Shown here: one piece after another, positions 49,432 to 59,184 of the stretch
Layout of the letters: every line of letters starts with the position of its first letter
Numbering within the stretch: position 1 is the first letter of the stretch
NCBI GenBank assembly: GCA_009602725.1
Contig: WELB01000006.1
Span: forward strand, 244,183-303,366
Direction of reading: 5' to 3'
DNA: 59,184 bases
Source: Spirogloea muscicola
Lineage: Eukaryota
The notes under the pieces: generated by a model
Seen by the model: only the letters and a program-made list of their open reading frames with translations
Databases searched by the model: none
Told to the model about the DNA's origin: nothing
Made by a program: the position numbers and the translations under genes

Positions 49432-52220
49432 TCACAGCCACAAGCAGGCTACCAAGACTGCTGCCAACCAGATTGAGCCCCCACCAAAGGACAGGAGTGA
49501 GGTTGGTGTTGCCAATGGGGCCAGGCTTGCGCTGGGCTTAGGATGTTCCTCTGGTCAGTGGCAACAACAAATCAGACCATCAGCTTCCACTTAGACCGGA
49601 CTATTAGTGCAGTAATCTTGCAGAGATATCTATGTCCAAAAAACCCACTGATTATATAACGTACGTGCCCGTTGCAGAGTGGCTTCCGACTTTGAGCCCC
49701 TCAGCCAGTAAGAGGAGCTTTCTTGCATGATAAGCAGACCAAGCATGTAATGCAAGCTTATGCTCCGCTGTAATTAGCAGGCTTGGACACCTGATGGAGG
49801 TTTCGACTCGTGCTTGGGGTGCGGCCCTTGGTTGGTTGTATGTGGGAGCCCAGCTGGGCCAGGTACTGGTGGCAGCAGGTGCCCAGGATTTGCAGCTGGT
49901 AGCACCTTGCACCCTGACTCGATCGCCACAAATGAGTAGGCCACCGATGATGCCTGCATGTAGACAGTGCCATCATTGCATCACACGTAATGCTCTTGCA
50001 AGGTCCAATAGGCACAGTGAACACTTGGACTTGGAAACGAAGCACAGCCACGAAAGAGTCACTCTGCCCCCGACAGCTGACGAAGCATGTAACAGACCGA
50101 GGTGCCTGTCACCTTCTCTTGATGGAGGTCTTGGCAGATATACATTAAGTGCCCAGGACTTATTCGTGACCTCTTGGCTTATCCTGGACAAGCAACAAGC
50201 CCCTCTTGTATGCAGAGTTGCTCTTGCCCCTGCAATGCACGAATAGCTTCAGCGGCTCAATATTTGAGTATCTTTGCTGGCCTGCTCACCTGACTCTGTG
50301 CGAGGCGAACCATGACAACCGTCTGGCAGTCCTGCGCCACCTTCTTGGAAGATGACCCCTGAGCAAGCTTGGTGGCAGCCTGTGTGATGTTTCCAACGCA
50401 AGTGGAGCACGCCGTGGAAGTGTCTGCGCACGCCTGAGCCAGCTTGGGAAGCTTCACCCTGCACCAACCTCGAGGCGCCTATAAGTACTGCTTCCACTGG
50501 AGTTGGCGAATGAAGGTGCAAGCTAGCCAAATGTAGGATACCTTAGCACTCACCACCACCTCCACACCCGCATCCGTGTTTCATTTTCATTTCCTTAATA
50601 AGATACGAGAAGGCAGATCGCCGGTATGAGCAATTTCTGACAGCAGGTTGCCCAGTTCGGCTTAGACTCCAGAGAGGCCATCAGTTGGTTGCATGCTGAT
50701 TGCATGCTCACCTGGCGGATACATCCCCAAGCAATGTGACCGGGCACTTGTTTGCAGGGGTGACAACAAGCTGAGGAAGCAGCTTCGAGTTGGGGCAGAG
50801 CTTGAAGATGTTCGTCTTCAGCTTCACGCCGTGAGCAAGCTGTGCCTGGGGTTCCTGGCAAAGTGGAGAGCAGTGTAGCATGTTGAGAGATGCTTTTTTG
50901 TTGAGGCTGTACCCTGGCTAGACTTGCAGGCTTGCATGTAGAATTGACTAAACTAAATGTCCTACTGCACTCATGTGCACCAAATACCAGAAGACACCTA
51001 AACGGGTACACAAGGTGACTTGATCAAACTCAATAAGCTGCATTCAAGCGTTGAGTAGTACCGTACCTTTTTGCAGGGCTCATTCATGGATGGCTGCGTT
51101 TGCACTGCAAGGTAGAGATCAGGGTTCTCAATGGCAAGCGTCTGAAGCATTTGACTGACTCTGGAGCAGCACGACTTCTTGGCAGGTTGTTTGGGTTGGC
51201 CCGTGCATGCAGAGAGCCCTCTTGTTGCGCTGCAAAGGAGTGCAGCATGCAGATGGCATGTGGTCAGATCAAATTCGTACTACATGTGCATATCGTCGTG
51301 GTTAGCTTGTAACATCAGTTGACAAGTTCTGGTCTGCAGGCCTGTTGGACCTCAGACTAGGCGAAGGGAAGTTGCTCTGGCTAACTAGAGCAAAGAGGTT
51401 GATATGACAATCGCAATGGAAGTGCACTGGCATAAGAAGCCGCGGCACACGACACACGAAATGCAGTAACGAGGAAAGACAAAGCACGCTCATTGCGCAC
51501 AGAGAGGGTGCTGTATATCAATCACCTAATAGCTGACTCGAACTGTAGGGCACATTGGTCCGATTGCCCGACTCCAGGCGTGTCTGCTTCTGGATTAGAC
51601 TTGATCTGACACAGAAGCATCATGCAGTCCTCTCTGGAAGATCAGAACAGCTGCTGACTAAAGGTGGCAGCGACGAGCAGCGGTAATGATGTAGTTCATC
51701 AAGTTCTGCACAGACAGCAGGCAGCAAAATCTCTTCCTAAAAAGCAGCAATTTCGTTCACTTTGATGATCTGCATAATCGAGTCAAGGCTCAAAGTCCGC
51801 TTTGTCAAGGAAAGTTCAGATCACAACCGACGTCCATGCCACAGAGACTAGTACTACACGTTCACGATGTCAATAGCCGGCCCATGCAGGTGCGAGGCGA
51901 TCATGGCCAGCAGGATGCAGCAAGTTACGCGGTAAATCTTGGCGAGATTGACGACCAGTAAGACCACATGAGCAGGACGTGTGCGTGCAGCTCCACAGAT
52001 GATCAATGGGAGGCACTCATTAAGCTCCCATGAATGGGAGGCAGTCATCAAGCTGGAGCTGCACGTCCTAGAGCTCTGACGGTGTGATGCGCATGGGGCT
52101 CGTCGGAGGTACCGGGTGCGCGGCGGGGCTCGGAGCGGCGCCGGAGGCAGCGACGGCGAGCCGCGCGCGCAGCAGCACGGCGACGGCCGCCAGCCGCAGG
52201 GCGAGGCGCGCGGCGCGGCC
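49432..52220 (-). CDS. Secreted cysteine-rich SPARK-domain-like (At1g61900-like) protein with probable C-terminal GPI signal
   Basis: Signal-like LALRLAAVAVLL; spliced core QCALQFD..SAC..SCCSRV..PCKK..NIFKLC..KCPV..LAQAC..CSTCVGNITQAA..DCQTVV..SGCKV; Pro-rich stalk; ends SIWLAAVLVACLWL* (TGA 49432-49434). The start codon is lost at the N/poly-A at 52221. Confidence 0.62.
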
Positions 52221-52221
52221 N

Positions 52222-52318
<97 letters not shown>
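52222..52318. other. Poly-A homopolymer next to an N, probably an assembly artefact that replaces the start of the SPARK-like gene
   Basis: 97 A immediately after the N at 52221, inside a GC-rich 5' region. Confidence 0.6.
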
Positions 52319-52319
<1 letters not shown>

Positions 52320-55200
52320 CGTTGGCGATGGCGATGGCGGCGGCGGCGGCGGGCGGCGAGGGCCGCCTGCAGGCCCCGCGCCCGGGCGAGGCCCCCGAGG
52401 CGCCGCCACGTGTCCCCCCGACGAGCCTTAACTCGGCGGGCACGCAAGGGCTCGGGATTAGCGGTCCGGTGTTCGAGCACCAATTGTTGGCGACGTACCA
52501 CTTTGTTCCACTTTTTGGCGCTTTCCGGCCCCTCCGGACCTCGTCCAGTCTTTTCGGGCGGGCTTTCCAAAGCCCCTCGCCCCCCTTTGGTTTTCAATAA
52601 GGTCACACTGTTACCTTGGCCACGTTAGCAAAGGAAGAAGAAAGGGCTCGCCCATAGAGAAGAGGAGCTGTCAGCCCAAAAAGAATGGACAATGTCCAAC
52701 GCCAAAGAAAGAGGATGCCGAAGAAGGACTATACTACCAAAAGACAACAACACACTAGGGAAGCTCAATACCCACGAGTGAGCAACAGCAGGTCAGAATA
52801 GCTCGATGCGGGGAAGGAGGCGCTCCGCCGAGACCCGGAGGCGGCGGCCAGAGCGCGTCCTGCGCGCATGTGGACTGCGAGGGCAAGGGCTTCGTTTCAT
52901 GTAGCCTTGCTTTTCCTGCACTAATTATTTCCCTCAACAATGTATTGGCTTGGATTGGCCTCCCTTTCATTTCATGCGCACACCGCGCCGACTCCTTTGG
53001 GCGATCGCCGCTTTGTCCATTTAACTCTACTCGGCGGGCACGATCAACCGTCCGGTGTGCAGGCACCGATTTAGGAAGTGGACGTCGCCCACTTTCTGCT
53101 GGCCCGTGGTTACCAAGCGGGTCGACTTAGCAGCAGGTGATGTGCGTCTGTGGGATGTGCTTGCCCTTGTACTTGGCCACTCGGGCCCTCCATCAACAAA
53201 TAAGCGTCTCCCCCCCAAAAACCCACGAGCTTTAGTAGATGGCAGACTGGGCTGCCAGTTTGCCGTCCGGTATTCGGGCACCAGTTCCCGATCTCTCCTG
53301 GCTGACCAGTGACTACTGAGCGGGTCTTAATACCGAGCGGGTCAGCTCAGTATCAAATGAATGTGCATCTGAAGATGTGCTTGCTTTCGTCACCACGCAG
53401 GCCCTCGATCACTCAGTCAGGGAATATCCCCGCGCCGGCATAAGAGTAGGTGTAGTTGTGCTTGTCGATGGCCGCTTCTCTCCTCTGCCGTCGCCTCCCA
53501 GCGACGGGCCAGTGGCCCCAGCGCTCTCCCGGGACGCTCTCGGACTCCCCAGGTCTCCTGCGTCCCGTAATCCGAGCTGCCTGGCTGCCTGCGACCACCA
53601 CGCTCTGGCTGGAGAGCGTCTTCGCCATACCTTGCCAAGTGCCAACCCTTGCGTAGGGCTTCGGTATTTGTTGCACAGACCTTGTATTTCAATGCAATGG
53701 CTGCACACCTGGAAAGGCTCCCGGTTAAGTGTCTTGCCATATCACACTGCTGGTGGCGAATCCTTCCTGGCCGCTCGTAGGAGAAGCGCCGGGAGCCCAC
53801 TAAACGTGCCACACCTTCACGGATCTCCTTTCAGTGAACCCTTGGCAAGGGTTTGATACGGCGTGATGACATTGCAGAGCAGCAAAGGTGGCAGTGCTGC
53901 ATGCGATTGTGCTATTGCCTCAATTGATCCTTACGGCTTGCAGCTGCTGAAGTAATATTGCTGGACCTTGGCACAAATTGCAAGACCCTAGCTTCCTACT
54001 TGTCGACTGCGGGATGCGTACTTATTGTGACTGCAAGTGTTCATAATCAGTTTCTGCCTAGCAAGACTTACATGCTCAATGAGCAGGTTAGAAGCATAAA
54101 AGTAAAGAAGTCAGATTTCAGCGGAAGAGAACGATTTAGGGATCCATTCAGAGACACATGATATGTCAATATCTCGCTCCACAAACCAAGTGTACAGATC
54201 TTACATTCTGAATACTAATTTGAATTTTGCATCGCTCGCAATTTAGTGGCCTGAGATTTGGACACTTGGTAAATTCTAAACTATCTGCGACTAGATGGCA
54301 GTGCCATTTTCTGAACCACATGCGAGAGACATACTGGTCACAGCCTGGTAGCCACTATTTTCATCGCAACAGAGAGAAGGCGCGCGGTGCGCATCAGATT
54401 GAAAGGAAGGCCAATTCTAGCTTTGCAAATGTCTCGTTAACGGGGTAATGAGCTGGCTAAGGGGGACACTAAACATCCCCGAGTGAGCACATGCATGTCT
54501 GACAAGCTAAGCTGAGGAGCCGAACCACCATTACGGCAGACATTAACCTGGGCTAATGCACGCCCAGCATGCTGGTGTATCGCGAGTGCCTGGGAACGCT
54601 GTAGACTCAATGATGGCCACATTCTATAGCATGCAACGATGGCTTGCGGGACGCTAGCATGTCCTCAACCACCAGCCCAACTACGTCGGTGGGCATCGAC
54701 AAAACAACAGTGATGAGTTGTGAAGGGCAGCAAATTTGCTGGCAACACAGATCATGTGTTACAGCTCAAGGATTTCATAAAAGGATGTGGAATTGTACAT
54801 ACTAGGGATTGACCGACTCATATCACCTACGAGTCTGTCTAATCTTTCTGTAGATTTCAACAGCGTCGGCAAAATGTGATAGGAAGGCTGAGTAGGGATT
54901 GCTGGAAAGAGGGTTGGTCCCAGTTAATGAGTATAGATACCTACATTGAGCGGAATGGTCCCAGACTTTGCGACTTTTAGGATGGCTACCAATCAGCCAA
55001 GAGGAATGGAAAGTGACTGGAAAAACCCATGGCACTTCTAAGTAATCTATATTTGGCCCCCGACCAACAATGGCGAACTTCAACAGCACCTTGTACATGT
55101 CGAAGCTTGCAGTGGAGACTGCTGCTATACACAATCTGAACCCAGTTCATCACTTGTCTGGAGCAGATTTTAGCCACTTGTGCAACTCTCCACTGAAATC

Positions 55201-58200
55201 TCAGACTGCAGCAACTGTCTTGGCAGGTGCAGCTCCAGGTGCCCCGTTGGTATCTATGTAGTCCTGATAGCCACTTGCTCCTCGCTCGGAGCGTGCATTC
55301 TCTGCAAACTTGAGGGATGCAGCGTGCTTGTTCTCCATCTTTTCCTCGGCTGACCACTCGTTGCCATAGTAATTCTCCTCTGCAGGAAGATTGGACGAGG
55401 CAAGGATAAGCACAGAGAGCATACCATCAGACACGCCTGGCATCATGATGTATGTCCCTAGACAACTTCATAGACCTGACTAGCTGATGCCGAGCATGAG
55501 CAAGAATTGTAAGCCTTGTACCTATCGAACCTAGCTATTCCTTCTCTTTTTGTCAAAACAAGATGTGACTGAACATGTGCCACTTTCAGCCCAAATTACC
55601 TGTGCTTGCTGCACGAGCAGGTAAGATAGCTCCACCCCACATGGGGAACCAGACAAGGAGAATGATGACGCAGACGCAGATGATCATCACACCCATCCAT
55701 GTGAGCCCTTGCTCTGTCGTATAGGCAGTTCCCGTGAAGAATATAGCCTGCAAAAGCAGCAAGTTGTTGGGGTCACTTGCTGCCAAAGTAGCAGTCAGGG
55801 AAGTCTTGTCGGCAAGTCAGAGACAATAAAATTATAGCAACGCCAATGCGCCTTACCTGAGTGATGGCAGAACCAGCATTCCCTCCAGCACCCACAAGTC
55901 CAGAAATTACGCCCAATGAGCGTCTGGAGATGAAGGGGATGATGCCAAATGTACAACCACAGGCAGCCTGCCATGGAAGTACGAAGGATGCCAGCCCATG
56001 TTAGTGACTCTTTGAAACATGCTGCAATCAGTAATCCTAAGTGTTCCTTCCCTTTCTCCTGCCACAGCATGTCTATTTATTGAGCACATATCATAGTATA
56101 GTCTCCGTATACAGATATGTTGTGGCGCAATTAGATCAACGGTGCAGACTTAGCACCTGCACGAAGAAGCTGAAAATAAGCATGATGACGATGGAGAGCG
56201 CCAGCGTATTGATCTTGCCCAGGATGAGGCAGAAAACTCCTCCAAGTGTCTGCAATGTGATAGACAAGACTGTGAGCAGGTTGTATAATAAATGCAGATG
56301 TCTTTGCACGAAACCTGAAATTGAGACATGGCACTAACGCTGACAGCACTGCATCAGTGTGTGTACTGTCTTCTTTGTTCAAAGAGTGACCCAGCTGACC
56401 TGCATGATGTATAGGAGCCATATACGGCCCCTCATTCCGTATCTGGCACCAGACATGTCAGACATTACACCACCCAGAGGCCTAGAGAAAACATTCATCA
56501 GACCAAAGGAAGCTGCAACGTAGCCAGCATCTGCAGAGGCGCGAGTACAGAGAGGTGAGAATGAAGCTGACCCAGTCTTTGTTGGCATTTGGGAATAACT
56601 GTGATGAATAGAGTAATTTATCATCAGATTGGGATAAGTCCTTACCTGTGAGGTTCATGTCGAAGCGATCGTAGAAATAGTTGGCAATGACGTTATCAAT
56701 AGTCAATTCAACTCCAAAGCAGTAGCCGTAAGTAATGGTGAAAATCCAAGTACGATAGTTGGTGACAGCATTCCAGATTACCTGCACATCATAGGTAAGA
56801 GTCAGCAGAGCAGTTCTTGCCGAAGGGAATGGCCTCGAATTTGCAAGGAGCCAAGCTGCAGAATCGTGCAACAAAGTAATCAAACGCACCTTAGCTCCGT
56901 TGTCGCTGACCCTCTGACCCGACTTCTTCAGGGCTCTGTACTGCCCATCGGGCAAGTCTTGAGCAAAGAACAGCAGAAGAAGTCCCATCAAAATATGGAC
57001 CACAGCTGGTACGAAGAAGGCAATGCGCCACGCGGTGAAGTCCGATGATCCAATGTCCTTATGGATGAGGTTGTAGATAAGAGGCATGATGAGCTGCAAG
57101 AAACATCACAGTGCTGAGTGTGAGGGCATTTCTCAACCAGATCTTATGACAATAGGCTGCAAGGGTTAAGTGGACTTGTAATTGGAGATTTGCGCAGCAA
57201 AAAGCGCAGCAACTTGAAGATCTGCGACAATCCTTCAATACTGAGGCGACAGGAAGCCTCAACAAGCTGCTGCCAATAGACCTTGGCAGGACCATGTCGT
57301 CTGAGCGGGCTACAGATTCTCCAAATCGATACACGCGTTTGATAGCTTGAGAAGATAGTGGTTGTACCTGGGTTGCCCCTCCCCCAAGGTTCCCCCAACC
57401 AGCAGCTAGACCATTTGCCACTCCAATGATTTTGGTGTTGAACATGCTGCTCATCCAATACTGCATGCCACAGAAACGGCCACGATATTTTAAGAGCAGC
57501 CTGTGAGCAACACACCTCTAAGTGAGCTTGTCGACCGAGACAAACCCCAGTGCCACACCCCTCTGGACTCCACAAGTAAGAGCTGCTGGTGTTTTGACAA
57601 CTTTGGATGCAGACGCTACGAAATACGCACCCTTGTGTAAGCAATGTAGTCCCTACATGTCCCTCACCTGGCAGCTGACGAATGTACCCAAAGAAAGGCC
57701 GATGCAGCACCTCACGATCATGAACCCTATGTAGTTGCGAACGAAGCACATGGACATGACTGCCGGAGCAGTGAGCATGAGCAGAGCAGCAGCACTCTGC
57801 CGAGGTCCGAAAAGGTCGCACAGTGTTCCTGAAGAGAGGACCCCCATCCCACATGAAAGATGTCAGTCAAGAACAAAATCACACTCTGTTGTCTGGCGTG
57901 GGACAATCTTTATAAATTCAGCTCGGCCTGGTCAATTGCTTGCAATTACAGACAGACACCCAGTGGCAAGAATGACGTGCCAGGGTAGGAGAGAGTAGCT
58001 TGGAGGAACACTTGAGAACTGAGGCAGACTTACCGATCAACAGACGGGAGAACAATGCACCAGTGACAGCGGCGATTCCAGCATTGCCGATATCAGCCTT
58101 GGTCAAGTCCAAGTTCTCTCGAATGATGGGGATCAGTGGAGGGGCTGTTCAAGGACAAAGTGGGAGCTGCAGTCAGCATGGCATCCAGCAGATTTTAAAG

Positions 58201-58924
58201 CTCTGAAATTGCTGCGAGGTTGGAAGCCCGCCCTAGGTCTGTAGGCCTGAGTGCCTGACTCAGAAAGAGAAAGACTGCGTCTCACCAGCAAAGGCGGACA
58301 CGAAGGCTGTGAAGAAGGAAATCCAGGAAAGGTGGAATGATCGCATGTGCGGCTGTGCGATGCTGCATGCACAACGAAATCATAGGCATTAGGCAGGCCC
58401 AAGTCAGCCACACCAGCTGCTTGGTCGTCTGAATGATGTCCCAGGTGGCACAGAATGCTAGGTCTGCTGTCCCACGAACAATATGACGGGAGGCGGGAAA
58501 GCTTCAAATAGTTACCATTTTATTCATCAGAAGCCTGTGCACCTCACCTGTAAAGCCTGATGGTCGTCGCCTTGTGCTCAGAGTCCACCGGCAGCTTGAA
58601 ATTGCTGGCGGGGTCGTTGTTCTTACCGGCCCAGCTGTTGTATCCAAACACAGCTTCCCTGCAATCGCGGCACCATGCAACAGGGCACTGGTGAGCAAGA
58701 GGCTTCAATCAAGGAAGTGACGTCTCCAGGGGTGCCAGACACGGAGACAGTGAGTGACGTTGCCAATTGCTGTCAGAAGCGAGATCAGCTTGACGATCAC
58801 ACAAGGTCAGTGGCGAACAGGGGCGAGGCGATGGCGGGCCTTACTTGCCAGTGACGCCCCTCATGGACGACCCGGGCTCGCCGACGTCCTCCTGGCCCAC
58901 CGGGGCGCCCATGTGGCCCTCCAT
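55201..58924 (-). CDS. NRT2: High-affinity nitrate transporter NRT2 (MFS, nitrate/nitrite porter family)
   Basis: ATG 58924 [70 protein letters not shown], nitrate signature [55 protein letters not shown] 55201-55203. Confidence 0.96.
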
Positions 58925-59184
58925 GGCCAGCTACGGCGCCGCGATCGGCCGCCACAAGCCGGAGCAAGGAGGGAGCCGAGCGAGCGAGCGAGCGAGACGA
59001 GACGAGCGCCGGAACCGGCGCTGGCGAAGCTGCGGGCTCGTCGGCGAGACGAGGCAGAGGCGCTGAGGCTAATGGGAAGCGCAGGAGGCGGCGGCGGGGC
59101 TCGGGCTCGGCCTTTGGGGCGACTGCCTGCAGTGGAGACTGAGCTTCGGAGCGCTGCAATGGCGGGCCTTAAGCTCCGGGGGGG

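Overview
Eukaryotic, intron-rich, gene-dense nuclear DNA. The plant-type GapA, SPP, PRA1.B, GH51, NRT2 and SPARK-like genes and the very GC-rich (GCC)n gene starts point to a streptophyte green alga or another non-seed streptophyte; this is inference and the species cannot be fixed from sequence alone. I spliced about 12 protein-coding genes by hand, in order: (1) a PITP + FFAT-like + B-box + DUF547 fusion; (2) a MIP1 leucine-zipper + DUF547 paralog; (3) GH51 alpha-L-arabinofuranosidase; (4) chloroplast GAPDH GapA; (5) a cyanobacterial-type CPBP/Abi intramembrane protease; (6) a bacterial-type citramalate synthase (CimA-like); (7) signal peptide peptidase; (8) PRA1; (9) a UMP-CMP kinase fused in frame to a CaMKII-type hub domain; (10) alpha-SNAP; (11) a GPI-anchored SPARK-like protein; (12) NRT2. 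The most unusual signals are two unexpected domain fusions: an animal-type PITP that lacks two of the four inositol-binding residues and is joined to FFAT/B-box/DUF547, and a nucleoside-monophosphate kinase carrying a CaMKII hub. Also notable are the bacterial-type CimA and a decayed ~249-bp coding repeat. Several 5' ends fall in N-gaps or homopolymer runs. All family calls come from motif recognition by eye, not database searches.
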